From: Thiothrix sp.
Lineage (GTDB): Bacteria > Pseudomonadota > Gammaproteobacteria > Thiotrichales > Thiotrichaceae
Assembly (NCBI GenBank): GCA_008015155.1
Contig: SSFA01000010.1
Span: 9,191-73,190, forward strand
DNA: 64,000 nt
Direction: 5' to 3'
Shown here one piece after another: positions 55,935-64,000 of the stretch (positions are counted from its first letter, which is position 1; every line of letters starts with the position of its first letter). The position numbers and the translations under genes were made by a program. Below the pieces are notes generated by a model. It was given only the letters and a program-made list of their open reading frames with translations. It did not search any database and was not told the DNA's origin.

Positions 55935-58225
55935 TGAAAAAACAGACACTTTCTTGGGCCATCGTAAGCGGCTTGTTAGCAGCATCACAGGTAGTTTGGG
56001 CTGCCAGTTTTGTGGTGCAAGATATTCAAGTGAGTGGCCTAGATCGTGTGGCTCAGGCAACCGTCCTCAACTATTTGCCCGCCCGCGTTGGGCAAGCCTT
56101 TGATGATAATCGCTCCGCTGAAGCTATTCGTGCTTTATACGAGACAGGCTTATTTGATGATGTGCAACTCGCTCGCCAAGGTGATGTACTGGTGGTAAAA
56201 GTCGTCGAGCGACCCGCTATTGGTGAAATCACTGTTACTGGGAATTCTAAAGTTTCTACTGAGCAGTTATTGCAAGGCCTAAAAGCTGCGAATGTGGGCA
56301 AAGGCGATATGCTGGATAAAGCAGCCTTGCTGAGAATGCAGCGCGAATTAGAAGCTCAATATCTAAATATGGGGCATTACGGTGTCAAAATTGATACTAG
56401 TATTGAGCCACTGGCGAATAATCGCGTTAAAGTAAATATCGCTGTCAAAGAAGGTGGAATTGCCCGGATTAAGCAAGTAAAAATTGTCGGCAATAAAGCC
56501 TTTACTGAGCAAGAGTTACTTTCACAGTTAGAGTCTGGTACACCACGTACCTTGTCTATTCCAGCCTTTAGTAGCCGTGATAAATTTGCCAAAGAAAAGC
56601 TGGTAGGTGATTTAGAAGCACTCAATTCTTTTTATCGCGATCGTGGCTATCTGAATTTTGAGATTGTATCGACCCAAGTTTCCCTAACACCCGATAAGCA
56701 AGGCGTATTCATCACCATCAGTGTGAATGAAGGTGATCAGTACAAAATTGGTACGGTTGATGTGTATGGAGTGGAGCGCTTAACGAAACAACAAGTGCAA
56801 GATTCCATGAAGTTGCGTCAAGGCGATATTTTTTCACAAAAAGCTTTAGAAGAAAGCCGTAAAAACTTATCAACCTATCTCGGTGAGCAAGGTTACGCTT
56901 TCTCTAAAATTGGGGCTAAGCCTGATATTGATGAAGCACGTAAGATTGTCAATATTACTCTGAACGTCGATAGCGGTAAGCGTACTTATGTGCGCCGAAT
57001 TAATATTCGTGGCAATAATCGTACTAAAGACGAAGTCTATCGCCGTGAGCTACGTCAATTGGAAAGTTCTTGGTTTGCGGCTGAACAGGTGGAGCGTTCA
57101 AAGGTTCGTCTACAGCGCTTACCTTATGTCGAAGATGTGCGTATTACCACTGAGCCTGTGGCAGGAACACCGGATCAAGTAGATTTGAATGTGATCGTCA
57201 GTGAGCGTTCTTCCAACCAATTCCGCATTGGTGCTGGTTATTCACAATCTCAAGGCTTATTAGTGAATCTAGCCGTGACTCAAGATAATTTCATGGGTAC
57301 CGGTAAACAACTAGAAGTGAATATCGATAACAGTGAATCGAATCGTAACTTCTTGATTTCCTATGATAATCCTTATTATACGCCAGAAGGTTTAAGTCGT
57401 GGTTTTAGTATTTACTACAATGAATATGACGCAGCGGCTGAAGATATTTCTGCGTATGCCTCGGATAAGTTCGGGGCGAATGTGAAATTTGCTTTCCCAA
57501 TTAGTGAAAATGATTCAGTTAGTTTTACGGCAGGGGCTGAGCAGCGCAAAATCATCTTAGGGACTGATCCTGCTGATCATATTAAAGAATTCACTGATAA
57601 GCACGGCTTGGAATATAAACAGTTACCGCTGACTTTAAGCTATGTGCATGACACGCGTAACCGTAGCGTGTTCCCAAACGCTGGTCAGCGTCATCGCCTA
57701 TCCGTGCAGGGTGCATTGCCAGGTAGTGACTTGCAATATACTAAATTTGCTTATGATGGTGCTATCTATAAAGCGATTAATGATGATTTCACTTTCTCCT
57801 TAAAAGCTAAAGTTGCTGTTGGTCAAGGGCAGGGCGACTTAGATGGTTTGCCGTTCTTTGAGAAATACACAGCTGGCGGGATTCGTTCCGTACGTGGCTA
57901 TGAGCAAAATAGTTTAGGGCCGCTTGATTCTAAGGGAGACGCAAAGGGTGGTGATGCTTTATTAACGACCACTGCAGAAGTCCTGTTCCCGATGCCCTTT
58001 GCGGCTGATGTGAAAACAGTGAAGATGAGTGCTTTTGTGGACGGTGGGAATGTATTTGATACCACCGATAGTTTTAAGTCTTCAGAGCTACGCTATTCTG
58101 CGGGTCTAGGCGTGGTTTGGTTATCCCCTATTGGCCCCTTCGAAGTGAGCTATGCTAAGCCATTAAATGCAAAAGATGGCGATAAAGAGCAAAGCCTACA
58201 ATTTAGTATCGGAGCCTCCTTCTAA
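55934..58225 (+). CDS. bamA: Outer membrane protein assembly factor BamA
   Basis: This 763-aa ORF has a signal peptide, five POTRA-like units and an Omp85 barrel that ends in ...FSIGASF. Confidence 0.96.
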   Translation: MKKQTLSWAIVSGLLAASQVVWAASFVVQDIQVSGLDRVAQATVLNYLPARVGQAFDDNRSAEAIRALYETGLFDDVQLARQGDVLVVKVVERPAIGEITVTGNSKVSTEQLLQGLKAANVGKGDMLDKAALLRMQRELEAQYLNMGHYGVKIDTSIEPLANNRVKVNIAVKEGGIARIKQVKIVGNKAFTEQELLSQLESGTPRTLSIPAFSSRDKFAKEKLVGDLEALNSFYRDRGYLNFEIVSTQVSLTPDKQGVFITISVNEGDQYKIGTVDVYGVERLTKQQVQDSMKLRQGDIFSQKALEESRKNLSTYLGEQGYAFSKIGAKPDIDEARKIVNITLNVDSGKRTYVRRINIRGNNRTKDEVYRRELRQLESSWFAAEQVERSKVRLQRLPYVEDVRITTEPVAGTPDQVDLNVIVSERSSNQFRIGAGYSQSQGLLVNLAVTQDNFMGTGKQLEVNIDNSESNRNFLISYDNPYYTPEGLSRGFSIYYNEYDAAAEDISAYASDKFGANVKFAFPISENDSVSFTAGAEQRKIILGTDPADHIKEFTDKHGLEYKQLPLTLSYVHDTRNRSVFPNAGQRHRLSVQGALPGSDLQYTKFAYDGAIYKAINDDFTFSLKAKVAVGQGQGDLDGLPFFEKYTAGGIRSVRGYEQNSLGPLDSKGDAKGGDALLTTTAEVLFPMPFAADVKTVKMSAFVDGGNVFDTTDSFKSSELRYSAGLGVVWLSPIGPFEVSYAKPLNAKDGDKEQSLQFSIGASF

Positions 58226-58258
58226 GGAGGTTCTGCTTCAAGAGTTAGGACATTTAGT

Positions 58259-58837
58259 GTGCTGCGTTTAACGCTTATTGGCTTGCTATTTACGCTATCC
58301 CTACAATTTGTACAGGCAGAAGAGCCCACTCCGCCTTATCGGCTTGCAGTCGTCAATGTGGTAAAGGTATTAGAACAAGCACCACAAGCTGCAGCCGAAG
58401 GTAAGCGTTTAGAATCCTTATTTGCTGCACGTGAAGCTGCTTTAGCCCAAGAGCAATTAGAGTTACAGCGAGCACGTGAAGCGCTCCAAGCAACCGGTGA
58501 GACTTTGCCAGAAGCGGAACGCATCCAGCGTGAACGGGAATTACGCACTCTAGAACGAGATTACAGCCGTAAACAAGAAGATTTACGTGAAGAAATTCGT
58601 TTCGCTAAAGATGCTGCTTTAGAGAAGGTACAAGAGCAGGTCGAACAAGCGGTTGAAGCGGTGCGTTCTGAAGGACAGATTGATATTGTCTTCCGCGAAA
58701 GTAATTATATTGTTGCTAGTGCGCGTGTGAATCTGACTGATAAAGTTTTAGCTTATTTGCAGCAGCAATTTGATAGTCAGCAACCAACGGTTGCTCCCAA
58801 TAGTTCTAAAGCTCCCGAGCCTGCCAGCGGAGACTAA
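58259..58837 (+). CDS. skp: Periplasmic chaperone Skp (OmpH family)
   Basis: It has a signal peptide and a coiled-coil E/R/Q-rich body. It sits between bamA and lpxD. It uses a GTG start. Confidence 0.85.
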   Translation: MLRLTLIGLLFTLSLQFVQAEEPTPPYRLAVVNVVKVLEQAPQAAAEGKRLESLFAAREAALAQEQLELQRAREALQATGETLPEAERIQRERELRTLERDYSRKQEDLREEIRFAKDAALEKVQEQVEQAVEAVRSEGQIDIVFRESNYIVASARVNLTDKVLAYLQQQFDSQQPTVAPNSSKAPEPASGD

Positions 58838-58839
58838 TA

Positions 58840-59880
58840 ATGTCTAAAATTTGGACGCTTGCCGCACTTGCCGAGGCTACGCAAACCACAGTACAAGGTA
58901 ACCCCGATAAATCCGTTCAAGCGGTTGCTTCGATTGAGCAGGCTCAAGCTCATGAACTTAGTTATATTCGTGATCGTAAGTATTTTAATCTACTTAATAC
59001 TTCTAAAGCAGGTGCGCTAATTCTCACTGCCGATTTAGCAACTCACTATCAAGGTGATGCGCTTATTAGCAAAAATCCTTATCTGACTTATGCGCGAATC
59101 GTTAGCTTATTTAATCCCATGCATCGGCCTGACGCGGGTATTCACCCTAGTGCAGTGATTGCCGCTGATGTGATTCTAGGAGCCGATGTCCATATTGGAG
59201 CTAATGTTGTCTTAGAGTCAGGCGTCAATATTGGAGCAGGTACGGTCATTAGTGCAGGTTGTTATCTAGGGCGCAATGTACTCTTAGGTGCTGATTCGTT
59301 TCTCTATCCGCAAGTGACTTTGTATAGTGAAACTGAAATTGGTGAGCGCGCGATTATTCATTCGGGTGCAGTAATCGGGGCAGATGGCTTTGGTTTTGTC
59401 CCTGAATCGACCGGATGGTATAAAATACCACAGGTTGGCAAGGTAATTTTAGGCGATGATGTGGAAATTGGGGCCAATACCTGTATTGACCGGGCAGCGA
59501 TGGGCAGTACACGCCTAGGCCATGGCGTGAAGTTAGATAACCTCATTCATATTGCTCACAATGTACAAATCGGTGACCATACGGTGATTGCTGCCTGCAC
59601 CGGTATTGCAGGTAGCGCCAAAATTGGTAGTCATTGCCAAATTTCTGGAATGTGTTCGATTGCAGGGCATCTGGTGATCGCTGATCGTGTCACTATCACC
59701 GGTACTAGCTTTGTTATTAATTCGATCAATGAACCGGGTGTATATTCTTCAGGCGTTACGGTTGAAGAGCACGGATTATGGCGTAAAAATGCGGTACGTT
59801 TCCGGCAGTTAGATCAAATGGCGAGGCGTTTAGCGAGTCTGGAAAAGCAATTGGCTGAGTTACAAAACAATAAGGATTAA
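58840..59880 (+). CDS. lpxD: UDP-3-O-acylglucosamine N-acyltransferase
   Basis: It has left-handed beta-helix hexapeptide repeats and an LpxD-type N-terminal domain. Its position is syntenic. Confidence 0.95.
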   Translation: MSKIWTLAALAEATQTTVQGNPDKSVQAVASIEQAQAHELSYIRDRKYFNLLNTSKAGALILTADLATHYQGDALISKNPYLTYARIVSLFNPMHRPDAGIHPSAVIAADVILGADVHIGANVVLESGVNIGAGTVISAGCYLGRNVLLGADSFLYPQVTLYSETEIGERAIIHSGAVIGADGFGFVPESTGWYKIPQVGKVILGDDVEIGANTCIDRAAMGSTRLGHGVKLDNLIHIAHNVQIGDHTVIAACTGIAGSAKIGSHCQISGMCSIAGHLVIADRVTITGTSFVINSINEPGVYSSGVTVEEHGLWRKNAVRFRQLDQMARRLASLEKQLAELQNNKD

Positions 59881-59886
59881 GGCTTT

Positions 59887-60336
59887 ATGTCTGGCATGAA
59901 TGTCAACGAGATTAAAAATTTCCTTCCGCACCGCTATCCCTTTTTGTTGGTAGATCGGGTTCTTGAGTTGGAAGAAGGGCGTTATATTAAAGCCATTAAA
60001 AATGTGACAGTGAATGAGCCATTTTTTAATGGGCATTTTCCTGATAAGCCGATTATGCCTGGCGTACTTATTATTGAAGCGATGGCGCAATCCACGGGCT
60101 TACTGGGATTTCGTACTATGAGTGCTGAGCCGCAGCCAAATACGCTTTATATGTTAGTAGCGGTGGATAAAGCACGCTTCAAACGCCAAGTCGAACCGGG
60201 CGATCAGCTAGTTTTAGAAGCGGAAATCCTTAAGAAAAAAGGCATCATGTGGGTCTTCAATACCAAAGCAACGGTAGATGGGGAGTTAGTGGCTTCGGCT
60301 GAATTAATGTGTGCTGCTAAAGAAGGTGCAATTTGA
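59887..60336 (+). CDS. fabZ: 3-hydroxyacyl-ACP dehydratase FabZ
   Basis: It has [13 protein letters not shown] and [21 protein letters not shown]. Confidence 0.97.
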   Translation: MSGMNVNEIKNFLPHRYPFLLVDRVLELEEGRYIKAIKNVTVNEPFFNGHFPDKPIMPGVLIIEAMAQSTGLLGFRTMSAEPQPNTLYMLVAVDKARFKRQVEPGDQLVLEAEILKKKGIMWVFNTKATVDGELVASAELMCAAKEGAI

Positions 60337-61103
60337 TTCACCCAACGGCGATTATTCATCCCAGTGCTCAGCTAGCAGCGGATGTTGAAGTCGGCGCCTA
60401 TAGCATCATTGGTGAACAAGTCAGTATTGGGCGCGGTTCACGCATTGCTTCCCATGTTGTGATTGAGGGGCCAACCCGGATTGGTGAAGATAATCATATT
60501 TTCCAGTTCGCCTCAGTGGGTGCAATTCCGCAGGACAAAAAATATAAAGATGAACCAACGGAGTTGATTATTGGGGATCGCAATGTGATCCGAGAAAGTT
60601 GCACCTTAAATCGTGGTACGGCTCAAGATAAAGGCAAAACCATTATTGGTAGCGACAACTGGATCATGGCTTACGTACATATCGCGCATGACTGTATCGT
60701 TGGCAATCATACGGTTTTTGCGAATAGTGCGACTTTAGCGGGACATGTGGAGATTCGTGATTATGCGATTTTGGGCGGCTTCACTTTAGTTCACCAGTTT
60801 TGTACTGTAGGTGAATACGCGTTCACAGGCATGGGCAGTGCTATTGGTAAAGATGTCCCACCCTATGTCATGGCGAACGGTGCCCCTGCGATTCCGCGAG
60901 GTATCAATACTGAAGGTTTAAAACGGAATGGCTTTTCGAGCGAGGCGATTCAGCGGATTAAGGAAAGCTACCGCTTATTATATCGCCAACAGATTACCCT
61001 TAAAGAGGCAGTAGCACAGCTAGAAGCTGACTATGGAGAGTTTGCGGATATTCAGCGCTTGATCCAGTTCGTGCAAGTCAGTCAACGGGGTTTAATTCGC
61101 TAA
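60333..61103 (+). CDS. lpxA: Acyl-ACP--UDP-N-acetylglucosamine O-acyltransferase
   Basis: It begins [11 protein letters not shown], followed by hexapeptide repeats. The TTG start overlaps the fabZ stop codon. Confidence 0.95.
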   Translation: MIHPTAIIHPSAQLAADVEVGAYSIIGEQVSIGRGSRIASHVVIEGPTRIGEDNHIFQFASVGAIPQDKKYKDEPTELIIGDRNVIRESCTLNRGTAQDKGKTIIGSDNWIMAYVHIAHDCIVGNHTVFANSATLAGHVEIRDYAILGGFTLVHQFCTVGEYAFTGMGSAIGKDVPPYVMANGAPAIPRGINTEGLKRNGFSSEAIQRIKESYRLLYRQQITLKEAVAQLEADYGEFADIQRLIQFVQVSQRGLIR

Positions 61104-61104
61104 G

Positions 61105-62247
61105 ATGCAGCGCATTGCGATTATTGCTGGGGAAGCCTCAGGTGATTTGCTGGCAGCACGCTTGATTCTGGCGCTCAAAGCCTTAAAGCCTGATTTAATG
61201 TTTGAAGGGATTGCTGGCCCAGAAATGCAAGCAGCCGGTTGCATGAGTTTGTTTCCGATGGAAAAACTATCGGTGATGGGCTTGGTGGAGGTTTTAAAGG
61301 ATTTGCCAGCCTTACTATCAATTCGTAAGCAGCTCAAAGAGCGCTGGCTAGCAACCCCGCCTGATTTATTTATTGGTGTCGATGCACCCGATTTCAATTT
61401 ACCCTTAGCAGCTAAACTGCATGCTGAAGGAATTCCAACGGTGCATTATGTCAGTCCCTCCATTTGGGCTTGGCGAGAAAAGCGGGTAAAAAAGATTCAA
61501 GGCAAGATTGATTTAATGTTGACCTTGTTTCCCTTCGAAGTCGATTTTTATAAAAAGCATCAAGTTGCTGCGCAATTTGTTGGGCATCCACTAGCTGATG
61601 AGCTGCAATTTAATGCCAGTGCTCAAGAAGCACGCCAGCAACTCGGGTTGGATCTGGCTAAACCGGTTCTTGGTGTGCTACCCGGTAGTCGTACTAAAGA
61701 AGTGCAAGCTTTAGGTGCTGTTTTCTTACAAACGGCACAGGTTCTAAAAGCTAAGTATCCTGACTTGCAGCTAGTGATCCCCACCGTACGCGCTGATCTA
61801 AAAGCACAATTGCAAACGATTCAGCAAACGGTTGCACCTGATTTAGCGATTACTTATTTAGATGGACAGTCGCGCTTATTGATGCAAGCGTCTGATTATC
61901 TGTTAATGGCTTCAGGTACTGCAGTGTTAGAAGGCATGTTAGCTGGGCGGTTAATGGTCGCAGCTTATAAAGTGTCTCCATTGACTTGGTGGCTGGTACA
62001 AACCTTTAAGCTTGCCAAAGTCAAACATGTGACTTTGCCAAATAATTTAGCGGGTGAAGAGTTAGTTCCTGAACTCCTTCAAGATCGCGCAACTTGCACT
62101 GAGTTAGTCTCTGCGCTTGAAGGTCTGATGCAACTGCCAGTGGAACGCCGACAGTATATCTTCCAACGTTTTCAAGCCTTACATAAGCAACTTCACTGTG
62201 ATGCGAGTGCCAATGCTGCCCAAGCAATTATAGAGCGCTTCACATGA
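61105..62247 (+). CDS. lpxB: Lipid-A-disaccharide synthase
   Basis: It has [11 protein letters not shown] and YVSPS.WAWR. Its position is syntenic. Confidence 0.95.
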   Translation: MQRIAIIAGEASGDLLAARLILALKALKPDLMFEGIAGPEMQAAGCMSLFPMEKLSVMGLVEVLKDLPALLSIRKQLKERWLATPPDLFIGVDAPDFNLPLAAKLHAEGIPTVHYVSPSIWAWREKRVKKIQGKIDLMLTLFPFEVDFYKKHQVAAQFVGHPLADELQFNASAQEARQQLGLDLAKPVLGVLPGSRTKEVQALGAVFLQTAQVLKAKYPDLQLVIPTVRADLKAQLQTIQQTVAPDLAITYLDGQSRLLMQASDYLLMASGTAVLEGMLAGRLMVAAYKVSPLTWWLVQTFKLAKVKHVTLPNNLAGEELVPELLQDRATCTELVSALEGLMQLPVERRQYIFQRFQALHKQLHCDASANAAQAIIERFT

Positions 62248-62819
62248 AGACCTTTCAGTTAGTTGCTGGCGTGGATGAGGTTGGGCGTGGGCCGCTCGCG
62301 GGTGCGGTGGTAGCCGCCGCGGTTATCTTAGATCCAGCTCAACCGATTAGCGGTTTAGCGGATTCTAAAAAGCTATCTGCTCAAAAGCGTGAGGCTTTAG
62401 ATTTTGAAATTCGCAGTAAAGCTTTAGCTTGGAGCCTTGGCCGCGCTGAAGTCGAAGAAATTGATCAATTAAATATTTTGCAAGCCAGCTTTTTAGCCAT
62501 GCAACGTGCGCTAGAAGGCTTAGCTCTGCAACCCGACCATGTTTTAATTGATGGTAATCGTTGCCCCAAACTTGCTTACTCCATGGAAGCTATTATTGGT
62601 GGTGATGCACTCGTGCCGGCGATTAGTGCAGCCTCAATTATAGCCAAGGTCAGCCGCGATGCTGAACTAGTCCTATTAGATCAATTATATCCTCATTACG
62701 GTTTTGCCCAACACAAGGGTTATCCCACTCCTTCTCATTTAAATGCCATTCGTCAGTATGGGGTTTTACCTATTCACCGACGCTCGTTCAAGCCCATTAA
62801 ATCACTCTTTCCTCACTGA
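62244..62819 (+). CDS. rnhB: Ribonuclease HII
   Basis: It has [22 protein letters not shown] and DSKKLS. Its position is syntenic. Confidence 0.96.
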   Translation: MKTFQLVAGVDEVGRGPLAGAVVAAAVILDPAQPISGLADSKKLSAQKREALDFEIRSKALAWSLGRAEVEEIDQLNILQASFLAMQRALEGLALQPDHVLIDGNRCPKLAYSMEAIIGGDALVPAISAASIIAKVSRDAELVLLDQLYPHYGFAQHKGYPTPSHLNAIRQYGVLPIHRRSFKPIKSLFPH

Positions 62820-63061
62820 TTCTTGTTGTCAACCACTCGTTTTTGATTCTTCCCCGCTTGTCTTTTTAGCTTTGAATGTTTGTGCCTGCGTCCGTTACAA
62901 ATGCTTCTGACAGCGATCAACAAGATTAAACAAGGAAGACGTGATCGGTTAAATGCTTCAAATGGATTGCTGCATGCGTGAATAGATCAAAAACGCAAAG
63001 CTAACTAGATAGTCTAAAAAAGCTTTGCCAATGTTAAATGAGTGTTTAGGAGAATCTAATA

Positions 63062-64000
63062 ATGACACTTTCTGTGAATAATAATACAAGTAGCACTGGT
63101 AATATTCAGGGTTCGACCAGTACTACCGCAACTACCAATTATGGTGGTTCTTCAAGTATTGATTTTGCTTCTTTATTGTGTGGCGGTGGTTCTTCTCAGT
63201 TCCAAATGCTTTCTTTAATGATCTCCTTGATTATGCAATTACTGCAAGGTATTCAAGGTGGTGGTTCAAATAACGGCTGCAATACTGGCTGTAATAATCA
63301 TGGATCTCAAGGTGCTCAGGGCGCTCAAGGTTCACAAGGTTCTACCGGCCAAACTGGTGCTCAAGGCTCTGCTGGTGCTCAAGGCTCTGCTGGTGCTCAA
63401 GGCTCTGCTGGTGCTCAAGGCGCGAAAGGTGACAAGGGCGATACTGGTGCAACTGGTGCTCAAGGTTCTAAGGGTGATACCGGTGCAACTGGAGCGCAAG
63501 GCGCGAAAGGTGACAAGGGCGACGCTGGCGTGAAAGGCGACAAGGGCGATACTGGTTCAACTGGAGCTCAAGGTGCGAAAGGTGACAAGGGCGATACTGG
63601 TGCAACTGGTGCTCAAGGTTCTAAGGGTGATACCGGTGCAACTGGAGCGCAAGGCGCGAAAGGTGACAAGGGCGACGCTGGCGTGAAAGGCGATAAGGGC
63701 GATACCGGTGCAACTGGAGCTCAAGGCGCGAAAGGCGACAAGGGCGACGCTGGCATGAAGGGCGACAAGGGTGATACCGGTGCAACTGGAGCTCAAGGCG
63801 CGAAAGGCGACAAGGGTGACGCTGGCGTGAAAGGCGACAAGGGTGATACCGGTGCAACTGGAGCTCAAGGCGCGAAAGGCGACAAGGGCGACGCTGGCAT
63901 GAAGGGCGACAAAGGTGATACCGGTGCAACTGGAGCTCAAGGCGCGAAAGGCGACAAGGGTGACGCTGGCGTGAAAGGCGACAAGGGCGATACTGGTGCA
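63062..64000 (+). CDS. Collagen-like triple-helix repeat protein (3' end beyond the window)
   Basis: I translated by hand from ATG 63062, which has TAGGAG about 8 nt upstream. The frame gives an 80-aa S/T/N/G-rich N-terminal region (MTLSVNNNTSSTGN...SQFQMLSLMISLIMQLLQG...). From nt 63302 to the window edge it gives about 77 uninterrupted Gly-X-Y triplets (GSQGAQGAQ...GAKGDKGDTGATGAQ...). It is absent from the ORF track because no stop falls in the window. Confidence 0.85.
   Translation, partial: MTLSVNNNTSSTGNIQGSTSTTATTNYGGSSSIDFASLLCGGGSSQFQMLSLMISLIMQLLQGIQGGGSNNGCNTGCNNHGSQGAQGAQGSQGSTGQTGAQGSAGAQGSAGAQGSAGAQGAKGDKGDTGATGAQGSKGDTGATGAQGAKGDKGDAGVKGDKGDTGSTGAQGAKGDKGDTGATGAQGSKGDTGATGAQGAKGDKGDAGVKGDKGDTGATGAQGAKGDKGDAGMKGDKGDTGATGAQGAKGDKGDAGVKGDKGDTGATGAQGAKGDKGDAGMKGDKGDTGATGAQGAKGDKGDAGVKGDKGDTGA
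63356..64000 (+). repeat. Nested tandem DNA repeats inside the collagen-like gene (18-bp, 72-bp and 153-bp periods)
   Basis: The unit ggtgctcaaggctctgct repeats three times perfectly (63356-63409). A block starting at 63419 recurs at 63572 (153 bp apart). From about 63725, 72-bp units (GAKGDKGDAG[V/M]KGDKGDTGATGAQ) alternate. Confidence 0.9.

Noticed and set aside
63258-63940. ORFs 63258-63533 (+), 63557-63940 (-) and 63621-63929 (-) are listed in the ORF track.
   Set aside because: They are alternative-frame or antisense translations of the collagen-like repeat, with a monotonous L/K/V or S/C/T/R composition. The frame opened by ATG 63062 has an RBS and gives perfect Gly-X-Y periodicity.

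Overview
This 64-kb chromosomal window has gammaproteobacterial-type core synteny. It holds about 60 protein-coding genes. I recognised no rRNA, tRNA or CRISPR array. The conserved blocks are minCDE, mfd, rmuC, amtB, slyD-lpxL, rpsO-pnp, and glnD-map lying divergent from rpsB-tsf-pyrH-frr-uppS-cdsA-dxr-rseP-bamA-skp-lpxD-fabZ-lpxA-lpxB-rnhB. Several accessory or unusual elements sit between these blocks. (1) A 1344-aa single-gene TIR-NACHT-pentapeptide-WD40 STAND protein (5729-9763, minus strand) is the best candidate for an NLR-like immune sensor. Its nine WD40 blades are encoded by near-identical 123-bp tandem DNA repeats, and an A9 tract sits exactly at the TIR/NACHT junction. (2) An orphan MotA/ExbB-like plus MotB/ExbD-like stator pair (29562-31527) lies directly downstream of rmuC, and its B subunit carries a long coiled coil. 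(3) A winged-helix/AAA/TPR STAND-type regulator is divergently paired with a small secreted Cys/aromatic-rich protein. (4) A collagen-like (GXY)n protein with nested DNA repeats runs off the 3' edge of the window. (5) An IS481-family element is inserted between convergent genes. (6) Other items are three secreted SH3b-domain proteins, a Sel1-repeat protein, tandem thioredoxin-fold paralogues, a roughly 1000-aa NAD-glutamate-dehydrogenase-like protein and a HopJ-family protein. All functional calls come from reading motifs in the supplied translations and from remembered family signatures. No database search was run.
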